Source: Trichosphaerium sp. ATCC 40318 (Eukaryota > Protista > Tubulinea). From it: a stretch of DNA of 64,000 nucleotides. The stretch covers positions 124,001-188,000 of the forward strand of contig JALMLS010000228.1 in the NCBI GenBank assembly GCA_038496445.1, given 5' to 3'. Every line of letters starts with the position of its first letter. Positions within the stretch are counted from its first letter, which is position 1. The notes beneath the pieces were generated by a model. That model did not search any database. It was not told where the DNA came from and worked only from the letters and a program-made list of their open reading frames with translations. Below, piece after piece: positions 12,341 to 27,600 of the stretch. Both the position numbers and the translations under genes were made by a program.

Positions 12341-14583
12341 ATGGCAACAACAAGTTTGACACGTGCTCCTTTTCTTATCTTACTGTCACTGTATTGCGTT
12401 TATGTACAAGCAGGTGAATAAATGACTATCGGCTAAACCACAATCCGAAAAAAAATACAGCTTATTTTTACTTAGCGCAAAAACCGCACGTGGTTTACTT
12501 TCTTGTTGATGATTTGGGCCACTATAACACTGAAATAACTAATCCCGTTGTAAAAACACCACATATCGCTAAGATGGCTTCTGAAGGTATTCTACTGGAC
12601 CGTTTCTACGTATACAAGGTACAGACTATAAAAATATTGCTCGTTCAAAAACTTTCACTATGTTAATTCACAAATCTCTAGTACTGTTCTCCTTCACGAA
12701 GTGCTTTATTGTCTGGACGCTTACCTATCCACGTTAACGAGCAGGTACGCTACCGCAGTTTTTTATGTTGTGTAACACCCATTTCTAACAATTCATATTA
12801 GAACTTGGATAATACATTCCCTTACGCTGGGATACCAACAGAAATGACTACTTTACCGGCCAAGTTAAAAAAGGCAGGGTACACTAGCTACGCAGTAGGT
12901 AAATGGCACTTGGGGACATCAGAGCTTTCAAGACTTCCAATAGGACGAGGGTGCATCTCCGTTAAACAACACGTGTTTTTATCCTAAAGTCTCTAGATTT
13001 GATGAACATCTGGGTTACCTTGGAGGAGCGGTTGATCATTACACTGAGAAAACTGCAGGAGGAAAATGTGGTAACCATCCTGACTTGTGGAAGGTAGCGA
13101 ATTTTACTGCGAAACGTACTGAGACTATTCACATTTTTCTTTTGCAGAATACTACTCCTGGTGTTGGATTAAACAATACTGGATACGCCGGGTACTTATA
13201 CAATAAGAAGGTACAAGTAGAATAACTTCAGAAGCCATCTTAGCGATATGTGGTGTTTTTATAACGGGATTGCATTTGTGATCTCAATGACACAAAACAA
13301 CCGTCCTGCTTGTTTATTGCTTTTCTTCTTCTCTAAGGCTCTGTTTAGGCTATGGACTTAATATCTTCACACGATGAATCTACTCCAATGTTCTTTTATA
13401 TGGCGTTTCAGAATTGTCATAGTAAGTTCAAAATCACGTGATAGTGTTGTATCATCTTATTTATTGTCCAAAGGACCATATCAAGTACCGGAAAAATATC
13501 AGAATATGTACCCTGGATTTGACAATAAAGACAGACAGATATACTACGGAATGTCAAGCTTTGTTGATGAAGCTATCAATAATATTACAACATTACTAAA
13601 GCAGAAAGGAATGTGGGATAATACATTAGTCATATTCTCTACTGAGTACGCTATTCCAAACAATCAGAACAGCACACTAAGAGTTATATTTCTTGCAGCA
13701 ATGGTGGACCTACTTATGAGAATGCGGCGGGAAATAACCATCCGTTAAGAGGTAGTAAGTGGTCTGACTGGGAAGGCGGTATAAGAGGTCTTGCATTTGT
13801 TTCTGGTGGATTGATACCAACCGAATCTAAAGGAACGACTGTTGTGCGTACCTCGTCATTTTATTCTACAATATTAACATCACATCACTCGTAGGATGGT
13901 TACATACACATTTGCGATTGGTACACAACAATATGTAACCTTGCTGGCGTTGATCACAGAGATGACGTACCAGGGCTTCCTGGCGTTGATGGTATGGATG
14001 TTTGGTCTCTTATAACTGGCGTAAATAAAACATCACCAAGAACTGAAATTGCGTTGTCCAGTTTCCCTCAACTAGATCAACAACCAAGTGCTATTGATCT
14101 TATCAAAGGTACATCTACAGTCAAGTGTAGTGTCGTTTTAACACCGTTGTTTTAGGCAACTACAAATTACTTCAAGGAATACAATGGTGCTCCGGATGGA
14201 CTGGAATGAGTTACCCTAACGCTACAACGGTTAAAGATAAGGCTTGGGTAGGCACGTGTTTTTTTTGTTGAGGCACATTATTGTTTTAACTGTAATACAA
14301 ATAGGTGTAAAAGAAACACATGATTGCACTTCAGGTTGCCTTTTCGATATAATAAATGACCCTACTGAACACCACGACATTTCATCTGATCATCCAGAGA
14401 TTGTGAAAGAGCTACAGAGTCGTGCAGCTGAAATATTCAAGACTGTTTACAATCCAAATAGAGGTAAAAATGTTCGTTCATTCTATCTTTTAAACCTTGC
14501 CAGGAACTTCTTCACCTGAAGCTTGTACAGTTATCAACACCAAATGGTCCGGATTTTGGGGTCCTTGGCTTGACAATAAATAA
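12341..14583 (+). CDS. Arylsulfatase B-like sulfatase (secreted or lysosomal)
   Basis: Signal peptide, [13 protein letters not shown], formylglycine motif [56 protein letters not shown], and C-terminal FWGPWLDNK*. Confidence 0.92.
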
Positions 14584-14818
14584 ACAAGTGAGACAGCCTG
14601 ACATTGTTAAAGAACTGATAATAAAGACAAATTTCTGGTCTACCTGGTAGTCACCCCTTAGTTTCATCTCTGCAATAATTCCTTTGAACTCTGTTGCCAA
14701 AATGCTGTTTTGATCTTGATCGCCATTATTTTGCTCTAGATATTACTTTGAGTGCAGAAGTAACAGTGCGCAATTGCTTAAGTTTACATTTTTTTTTATT
14801 TTACATTTATGGTACAAG

Positions 14819-15551
14819 TCAACATTGATAAGTTCGTATAATCTGTGTAGCGCGTGCGCGGCATATAGGACATCCTATTAAGATGATTAACAGCAGGAAA
14901 AAAAAAAAAATGATAGCTTACTCGCGAACTTCACAGAGAATGCGCATTCGCTACACATACAACAGTGTCCACAAGGTACGACTACGGTATTAATCTTCCC
15001 ATCAAAGCAAACCTAAATGTGGTTTATTAGACAAACGATATGAACATCACTTAAAAAAACCCGCAGTCGCTGGGTAAGTGCTATATAACGCACTTTGCAA
15101 ATATTCGTTGGTTGTACGGGCACGCTGAACTGCTTGTTGTTCTTCTTTTGTGGCGTTCGTGGCGCGTTTTCTTTATCTTCATCTGATGATATCAAATCAA
15201 TAAAAATAGGCGTTCCTAGCGTAGAGTTACATCATGGTCTGTGTAGAGACTTGAAGATTGACTTTACAAAAAAGAGCGGTTGCTTACGTGTTTGGCGGTT
15301 CCTCGGTGGTGATGCTATGGGTGCCATTAGTTGTTAGTTGGAAATAGAAGTGGTTGAGTACCAGCACGTGGAAGTTCCGGCTGTGCTTGCTGTGTTGCAG
15401 GTAAAATGTTTCTTATGATGCAATCCAACTTCTTGATGCGTTTTACGCCATCTTCTAGCTGCACAAAGTGCATCATGTTTGTTGACCGTTCAATAGGACC
15501 GTTCATGCCCCTGTACTTACCACTAAAAATATACGCGTGTTGTGCTTCCAT
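14819..15551 (-). CDS. C3HC4 RING-finger protein (putative E3 ligase)
   Basis: Spliced C-terminus CK|VCFDGKINTVVVPCGHCCMCSECA..|GCPICRA. KOW-like GKYRGMNG at the N-terminus. Confidence 0.8.
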
Positions 15552-15700
15552 TGCACTCTAAAATTGACGTTCAATCATTTACGGCAAAAAAAGTCAACTT
15601 GAAGTAAATTGTTTATGGTTTACATTGCCTAATAGTAGCATATACGTTAGTCACAATCCTCTGGGCGTAATTAAACAGTAAATGACATATTTTTTTGTAA

Positions 15701-18014
15701 ATGGCAGCCATAAGCATTCGTACATGGGCTCGACGCGATGTTGACGTCCACACTTATGATTTAGAGCGTATTGCTCGCAAATTAAGCATTTACCGCTTTG
15801 ATGAATGGTATAAAGTAAAACCAGACGTTCTGCGTACTTCAGGAATATCGCTCATAACAGCAAAGTACGTAATAAATCACTTAGAGCCAATTTTAGTCAC
15901 TAAAAAACGATTCAAAAGATACAATGGCTCAATTTCTCGATGCCTTCAAACTATATACCCTCATCACAAATGGGAGGAATGGCGTTTCAAGTACGCTATC
16001 TTATTCACAGTGACAATCACGTGATTTTAACGCCTGATACCAGACAATCACCAAAAAATTATCGAAGTGATTTAGATAATCAAAGAAAAGCATTTGATTC
16101 GTTTGGGGAGGAACTAGGTTTTAAGGATTTGAGTGATTGGTACAACACTACTTACAGCGCTATATGTGATATATCAGGTGGCGGCATACTTAAATTGTAC
16201 TCATTTACAAGCTCATGACGCGTGTCATTGACATCTTTTGTTGCAAGGTATGGTGGTTCATTATCGCGTTGTTTAAAATCAGTTTATCCTACCTTTGCTT
16301 GGTCAGATTATGCTTTCACGTAAGTACATGTTCTTTAAATAAGGTGTTTTGAGGTTTATTTAGGCACTCTCCAAAAGGACAGTTGAAACGTTATAATCAT
16401 GCGGAAGCATTCGACCATGTTTCTAAACAGCTTGGGTTTAAGCATCTTGATGATTGGCAACATGTTTGCCATGAAGAGCTCAGTAAAATGCCCTTATATC
16501 ACATCATTAAAAAACAGTATGCAACTCACATAAGATACAATTTACACAGCGTCTAACTTTATTTTAATAGCTACGGAGGGTCAATATTTGAGTGCTTGCG
16601 AACAGTGTTTCCGAACCACACTTGGCAAAGAAAGTACGTCGATTCAAAAAAAACCTTAACATTCACTTAAGTTGCGCAGGCAAGCCTCTAAGTATGCGTG
16701 GCGTGATCGTTTTTATATTAAACACGTTCTTGATGACGCAGCAAAGTGTTTAAATATCAAAACATTGAATGATTGGAAGACTATAAATGTCAATCGTGTT
16801 ACAACGTATTCCAAAGCACGAACTATTTTGTACGAAGATTGTTTTTTTTTTGAAATTCGAACAAGTATTTTATTTGAATGCTGACTTCTTATTCGATGTA
16901 TCTAGAAAATGTTATGACTATTCGCTGGCTGACTGTTTATTATTTGTATACCCAGGTCATGCCTGGTTACCTTGGAAGCAACCTCAGAAAATGTCGTGGA
17001 CCTTACAGAATAGTAAAGATTTTTTATCCAAAATCCAGAATACACTTGGCATAAAAAACCCTGAAATGTGGTACAATCTCTCATTAATGAGCTTAAAAAT
17101 CTCTTATCCTAAATATCCAAGGTATCGTGTATCATTTAGCCAACTTTCAGAGTATGGAGGTTCAGGCTTACGACGTTACTGGCCAAGAGTGCTACAAGTG
17201 TTGGAACCTAATTTTTCTTGGCATTGGAACAGATTTTCTCTTACAGAGAAACAATCGAAGCAACGGTACGCAAACAAAAAGTTACTATTACAATAGCACG
17301 TTGGTTACCCTCATATTAACAACTGGTTGTTGCTAAATCAGCGGAGGATTAAAACCGGATTTACAAACAAAACACTAATTACTTAAATAGAGCCCTGTAT
17401 CAGTGTCTTAAGCTTTTGTTCCCAACACAAACACTACTTGAAGAAGCTCAAATCGAAGTTCGTTATACGGGCGTAACAAACCTCACAGTAGATGTATATA
17501 TGCCAAAATACAACCTAGCTTTCGAGTACCAAGGTGAGACTTTTTTTTTTGAAGTTTTTGTTCCCTCGTTTGTCAAAACCTGTATTGATTAGACAAATCA
17601 GGTGAACAGCATTATTCTGATATATTCCCTTGGCATCCTTCAGATATACAAAAAATAAGAGATTTGGAGAAACTACAACAATGCAACGATGCAGGTATGA
17701 TAAAATTCAAAAAATTCTGTTTTCTTTCTGTTTTTTCAGTATATTCTTTTCTCTTTTTTTTTGGAGTCTGCTATGCTACTCTTATACAACAATATCGTAA
17801 TCTGTACACTGTAGGTATAACACTCGTTCCAATACCTTACTGGTGGAAGTCGGACATTTACTCTTTGTCGTCTACCATTAAACATTACGCACCTCATGTA
17901 TTTATATCATCAAGGCATATTAATAGTGATGTACCTCCTCTTTTGCGTACACCATCTAGTAAGCAACATAACATTCTAATGGCTCCTAATGCATTCGATA
18001 CTGTTGTAATGTAA
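15701..18014 (+). CDS. Tandem ~70-aa repeat protein with C-terminal RAP/Vsr(DUF559)-like nuclease-fold domain
   Basis: Five repeats of the form LGxKxxxDWxxV...YGGSxxxCLxxVYPxxxW. C-terminal LTVDVYMPKYNLAFEYQG|EQHY...RDLEKLQQCNDA|GITLVPIPYWW. Confidence 0.8.
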
Positions 18015-18194
18015 CAAAATTAAATCAAAAGAAAAAAAAATTAGTAGTTAGTTATTCTTGCAAAGCACGTGACTTGGAGATGATGTTCGGAATGTTTTTC
18101 GTGTAGAATAGTAGGCTGTATGTAAGTTCGAACTCTGATTCGACGAACAAGCGGCCATCCAGAGTCAACAGCAAGTCATAACGCTACGCATCAA

Positions 18195-19041
18195 ATGGCA
18201 GCTAAACGTAGCGATGTACACAAGAAACAAGTTCTACTTCAGGAGTTGCCCAGAGACGCTAACTTATATTTTGAGCTATTTTACAAAAAAACAGCGCATT
18301 ATCAACACTAGAGTCTCCCACCTCTTTAATGACATCATTCGCAATAATGTTGGTTTTGTACAGCTAGAATTGATAAAACCATCAGATTGCCACTATCTTC
18401 AAGGCAGTCCTCTGCTTAGAAACACTGTAATATGCACTAACCGTTTAATGACACTGTACAACTCAGATCTCCCTAAACTTTGTGGCGTTCACACGATAGA
18501 TCTATCAAATGCATGTATTACAGATGCAGGTATTCTGTCGTTGGTAAATGGAGGAGAAAAACGTGCAATCCATAAAATCACTTTGGATAATACAGAAATA
18601 ACAGATATTTCTCTTCAAGCTCTTAAAGACGTCCATGCAATCAGTATTAGAGGTTGTGATAACATTTCAGTTGAAGGTATAAAAGCACTTAAAGATGTTC
18701 ATACAATTGCAATAAGTAAATCACCAAAAGAATGGTTCAAGCATCTTTGTAATGTACATACTGTTTATGTTATCAGTTCAATAATTACAGGTGAAGGTAT
18801 TAGATTATTGACAAATGTAAAGTATCTTGGTTTGTATGCTTGTTGTGATATTACAGATGATAGCTTAAAGCATATGTGTAATCTTGAACGCCTTGATATT
18901 GTTGGTTCTTCAAAGATTACAAAAACATGTTTTGAATACTTGAAGTCTCTTAAATTTCTTAAAGTTCGTAACCCTTTTGAGGAAAGACCACAATTCAAAC
19001 AAGAAGATGTAGAGTCGTTTGGTATAACTTTACTACAATAA
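18195..19041 (+). CDS. F-box + short LRR protein, copy 3; apparent frameshift in the F-box (pseudogene or assembly error)
   Basis: ATG 18195 gives MAAKRSDVHKKQVLLQELP, which matches the start of the paralog at 45583. The PETLTYILSYF/LRR frame (ORF 18214) is offset by 1 nt at the CCC run 18249-18251. Confidence 0.75.
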
Positions 19042-20273
19042 TGTAAGTTCGTACTAATAAAGTGCAACCTACCTCTGGTAATGAATTCCTAGTGCAAAAC
19101 GGATCAATTTAGCTTCTAATGTTGAAGGTCTTAACATTAACAACACGAGACTAATAAATCACCTTTCGCCAGATGTTCATGTTATGACTACAAACTTACT
19201 TGTTTTTCAGTCATTGCAAAATAAAGCTTGACATTGCCACAAAGCATGAACAAACAAAGCAATCACAAGCTGATGTAGCCTCACTACAAAGATACAGATC
19301 TGAAATTTGAAGTAGGCAATTTGTGCCACTCTCCGTGTTGCCTTAATGATAACGTATATCTTGGCTCTTAGCCTTTGGTTTTGGTTATCCGTTCTAACGT
19401 TTCTTCAGGCTACTTGATATTCAGCACTTGTTTGATGCTCAGATGTTAGGAAAAACGTCTCTTTTGTAGTAGGTGGTGCAAACCACGTGTGTTAATTGGA
19501 TATACCTAGCGGATCGGAATGAAAACGCAATCGAGCTTTGTCAGACTGTAATTTTCGCATACAATACTGTGATTGTTATAGTAAAAATACAAGCACGTAG
19601 TACAGTTGTGCGATATCATGAGCTGTCACCTTCTCTAATATACGGTGTCACCAATGTACATTGCGGAGAGTACAGGCAACGCTCTACCGCAATTTCGGCT
19701 TCTCCTCACGACACAAGTATTTTAGTTATTTTCGCACATGAAAAAGTTTAGCTTGCCTCAGCACGTGGCTTTTCTTTATGTTTAACGCACTAACACCGGA
19801 AATTTAGGCGTATGACAACATATCATTGAACGTGTGAATCAGAATAAAACTGAGCGATAAAAACACGTGCCCATATTTCTCGTGTCCCTAGCTCATGGAC
19901 GTAGCGCAATACCAGCAAAATACAAGACCGAGACCGAAACCGAAGTATACAGAACCAAACGACCGAAAACCGACTACAGAACCGAAGTGATCCCGTAATA
20001 CTCAGGTTTATGATTGCTTTAAATGTATAGGAATACTTATGAATTCGTTGCCAAGCGTGTGATTTGTATCACAAAGCGCTTGTGTGAAACTGAGAAAGTT
20101 ATTGATTTGTTAAGAAGGGTGTTTATTAAGTACCATGGCCTTCACACGTGGCGTTCAGGAAACCTTTCCTATTGTAATCCACTGATCTTAAAAAAGCAAG
20201 ATTAAGTGAACTTTGAACCTGCTGTGGCCATTTCATCGCCAAACACTCCACAATAACAACAACAAGTAACATC

Positions 20274-21323
20274 ATGACAACCTTCTTTCATAGGCCATCA
20301 ATAGTAGGTGTACGATGCACCAGGGAAAAAGCCGCATCGCTATTTAGAACACTAAAGTATGTATTTGGCTTACCGGCCATGTGGGACTATGATAGTTACG
20401 CTGGAATTGGCTTCGAAGCTGGTTTAGTGTTTTTTGGCAATGTTAATATCCAAGCTACGTATTTAGCTGATGACAGCCCTTTGAATCCAACGCCAGGTAA
20501 GAATTCTCACTTTGTGTAACACAATACCAGAAAACTTTCGATACTGTAACTTTCACACGTTCACAATCGCTAGGTACTCAACATCTCGGTACTAAATACT
20601 GGCACGTGGTAAATGCGATCAACTCTGATGCCATTTCTGCTGAAAGCGATACAGACGCTGGTGAAGGTGTAGTTATCAAGAAGATGTCTCCGTTTATGGC
20701 AAAAGAGAGAACAGAGATTTGGGCAAAGGAAAAAACGTGCGCAAGCTGTTTTTGCTTTTTTCTAGAACTTTCTCTTCTCTTCTTTCTTCCAACACTAATT
20801 ATCTCTTAGTAACTGGGTTTATCCTTCAGATTACGATGGTAAAGCATGGGATCATACGCCTGTCCTAGGTGTTGAAGGACCAGCAAGCGGTCAAGGTGTT
20901 TTTGCTGTAAAGTACACACACGATGTGAAAAAAGTGTGGGCAGAGCATTCAAAGCAGCTTGCTGACAATAATGGCGGTACTCTTGGAGTCATTGGCGTTA
21001 AAGAGCTTGTTTACAAAGTATCAGATATTGAAAAGGCAACCAAACAATGGGAGAAACTTACTGCGAACACTGCAGTTAAGGAAGGATCAGATGCTATTGT
21101 TAAGTTTACTAGTGATGGTGCTACTGATAGTCCACCTTCTATTCGCTTAGTGAAGAGTGATGCAAGTAGCTTCGACTATGTACTTGTTCAAGTGAAGTCT
21201 CTTGAAGTCTCACAGGCATTCTTGAAGCGAAACTACCCTGGTAATGATTTTCAAGTACAAAACGGTCGAATCAATTTGGCTCCTGCTGTAGGAGGTTTTA
21301 ACATTTACATAACGCAAGACTAA
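20274..21323 (+). CDS. VOC/glyoxalase-like fold protein (3 exons)
   Basis: LFRTLKYVFGLPAMWDY..AGLVFFGNVNIQ in the N-terminal half. GGTLGVIGVKELVYKVSDIEKATKQWEKL and LVQVKSLEVSQAFL in the C-terminal half. Confidence 0.65.
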
Positions 21324-21616
21324 TAAATCGCCATTTTCTTCACATTGTTTTTTTATTAGCACCTTCACGCTACTTGATTATCGGCCATTGAGTGGCAACA
21401 AAGCACAGAAAAAAAAAAATAATCACGTGTTGGTTTAGCATTACTGAAGAACAAGAAAAAAAGCAAAGAGATTATGCATGACATGAAAATGTGACAAAAG
21501 TAAATCACAACTTTGAACGAAACAAAAAAAAGAGAAAGAAGAAAAAAAAAAAACAAGAATAACGGAGAAGACAATGTAAGGGTTGGAGTTGTTTTTTTTA
21601 TTGGTTAACCGTAGTT

Positions 21617-22900
21617 TCAGTTTTTGGCAAGAGTGTCACCAGTACCACCGCTACCGCTGATTATGTTACAGTGGTCCATGTAGAACAAGTTGCAGACAGA
21701 GTTGTAGTTGCTACTAAAGTAATGACATCTGGAATCGGCAGTACAAAGAGCCTCACATTCGGCTTTTGTTACTGAAGTGTCTCTAGGGAAAGTACACTCA
21801 CCAGCACCACCAGTCCAGTCGCAGTGTGTTACTGTCGAACCAGCGTAGTAACCAGTACAGTAGATGAAGCGACCAGAATGCATATCTCTACGACATCCTT
21901 GGCATGTTTGTTGTGAGCTTGCGAGAAGTGTTGTATAAGTTGTAGGTGGGATAGTAGGCGCAGCAGTAGTTGGAGGAGCTGTTGTAGGCGCTGCGGTTGT
22001 TGGAGCTGCGGTGGTTGGAGGAGCCGTAGTTGGAGCGGCGGTTGTAGGAGCGGCGGTTGTTGGAGCGGCTGTTGTAGGTACTGGATCTTTTTCGAATGTG
22101 TTTCCTGGAACACCACCGTGAACGAGTTGGCAGCTGTCCATGTAAAACATGTTACAGACGGAGTTGTAGTAGCTAGTGAAATAATGACATCTCTCGTCAT
22201 CTGTACACAATTGTTGGCATTGTTCTTGAGTGACTGATGTATCACGAGGGAAAGTACATTCACCTGGACCACCTACCCAATTGCAAGAGGTGATAGTAGA
22301 TCCGGCATAGTAACCTGTACAGTAAACGAATTGACCCATGTGCATATCTCTACGACATCCAGAGCAAGTAAGTGTGGAAGCAGCGGCAACGGAAGTGTAG
22401 GTTGTTGGTGGAGCGGTTGGAGCATCGGTTGGTGGAGCTGTTGTTGGAGCGGCTGTCGTTGGAGCTGCGGTTGTTGGAGGCGCTGTAGTTGGGGCATCTG
22501 TTGTAGGGGACACTGTTGTAGGTGCAGGAATGACTTTTTCGAGTGTATCGCCTGTGGCACCGCCGCTGATGAGATTACAGTGGTCCATGTAGAACAAGTT
22601 GCAGATGGAGTTGTAGTAACTTGTGTAGAAACCGCAACGAGAATCGTCATCGCAAAGTTGTTGGCATTCGGCTTTTGTTACTGAAGTGTCTCTAGGGAAA
22701 GTACACTCGCCAGCACCACCAGTCCAGTCGCAGTGTGTTACTGTCGAACCAGCGTAGTACCCAGTACAGTAGATGAAGCGACCAGAATGCATGTCTTTAC
22801 GACATCCTTGGCATGTTTGTTGTGAGCCGGTTGCAAGTACGTTGTATTGGTACGCAGTTGATAGAGCGAGAAGAGAAAGGAGTACGAGGCAAAGTTTCAT
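21617..22900 (-). CDS. Secreted protein with three 10-Cys (PAN/apple-like) domains and Thr/Ala/Pro mucin linkers (intronless)
   Basis: Signal peptide; three copies of CxGC..YC..C..EC..ECxxLCxxDxRCxxxxSxYNSxCxxFYMDxC; two TTAAP/TTAPP tracts. Confidence 0.9.
   Translation of the reverse strand: MKLCLVLLSLLALSTAYQYNVLATGSQQTCQGCRKDMHSGRFIYCTGYYAGSTVTHCDWTGGAGECTFPRDTSVTKAECQQLCDDDSRCGFYTSYYNSICNLFYMDHCNLISGGATGDTLEKVIPAPTTVSPTTDAPTTAPPTTAAPTTAAPTTAPPTDAPTAPPTTYTSVAAASTLTCSGCRRDMHMGQFVYCTGYYAGSTITSCNWVGGPGECTFPRDTSVTQEQCQQLCTDDERCHYFTSYYNSVCNMFYMDSCQLVHGGVPGNTFEKDPVPTTAAPTTAAPTTAAPTTAPPTTAAPTTAAPTTAPPTTAAPTIPPTTYTTLLASSQQTCQGCRRDMHSGRFIYCTGYYAGSTVTHCDWTGGAGECTFPRDTSVTKAECEALCTADSRCHYFSSNYNSVCNLFYMDHCNIISGSGGTGDTLAKN
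21944..22082 (-). repeat. 15-bp tandem repeat encoding TTAAP/TTAPP (second tract at about 22401-22523)
   Basis: Repeated GGAGCGGCGGTTGT(A/T)-like units on the + strand inside the secreted protein gene. Confidence 0.85.
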
Positions 22901-23877
22901 TGTTGATATAGCAAGCCTTATTGTGGAGGGGATGCGTTGCTAACTTGGTTTGGTTTGATAACTTTTGTGCTTTGAGGTAGTCCTGATTTAGAATTGGAGA
23001 ATAAAGTTAATAAAAACTGAAGAAAAAATAGTTACGAGAGGTACTTCATTATAAAAAAGCTGTAAACTATACTTTCTACGAGGATGGAAGCGAAAAAAAC
23101 TACGTCTAAAATTCGCTAGATTTTGGCGCGATCACGTCATTTAATTTTGCTTAGATTCACTTTGTTGTATCTCAAGGCGCTTGGAGTCGTACCAGTTCAA
23201 ACTATAGCCTCATAATCCGAACCGATTGATAGTTGTCAAAAAAGGAAGAAAAAAAACACAAAAAATTTGTATTTTTCAAAACCGCTTTTAATCTTACTGA
23301 CAAAGGTCTATATCGTTACTTTTTGATGATTTGAGAGTTATCTGGGTAAACTTAATTTGTTTCGGTTTTCTCGGGTTTAGAATATGACCTATTTAGTTCA
23401 AACCTTCTACATCGCTCGTATACGATGTTATATACCTTTACATGAGTTATCCTTGAGATTAAAGACTTTCTGTGAACGTTTGTCAGGCTAATTCAGAAAA
23501 CGAACTCAACACCCGAGAAATCTGACATTTTTTACTTTTCTTTCTTTCTTCTTCTTGCGTAGCACTGGAGTCCTTTTGGCGCATTACTAACTAAATGTAT
23601 AAATACCAAGAATCAAAATTGTGTATTTCATTCATTGACAAAAAAATTTACCGGTTTTCGTTTGGTTTTCGATTTTTGGGAGTTTTCTTGAGATCGAACC
23701 GAACCTCGTTTCCTTCAACTGAACTTACGTTGAAGACATGGTAATATTATTGTTCAAGAGGGTTATATACACGACAAAAACGTCAAAAGCTGCCGACAAA
23801 TTAAGAAAAGAACTCTTAAAAAAGGTTTTTTTTAATACAGTGCAACAAAGCGAAACACATTTTCTACAATGAGGCTT

Positions 23878-27408
<3,531 letters not shown>

Positions 27409-27600
27409 TGTTGTAGATCAAGAAAATGTTAGTTGACGTTTAACTGCTTAATATCAAAGTCAAAGCAAGTCTATGGCAGTAATCGAGTTTACTCCTAGTC
27501 TTGCTCTCACGTGATTGTAAAAAACTTTGTTATTTGACAGTTACTATAGTTACATGCTGGTTCTATGCGTTGACCAGGTGGTGAGTTGCAAAAGGTGTCT

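Noticed and set aside
19060-20200. Coding-like stretches in a long intergenic region
   Set aside because: No consistent exon chain or recognisable domain; left unannotated.
21829-22684. Q/P/L-rich and Cys/Trp-rich overlapping ORFs
   Set aside because: Alternative-frame and antisense shadows of the TTAAP repeats.
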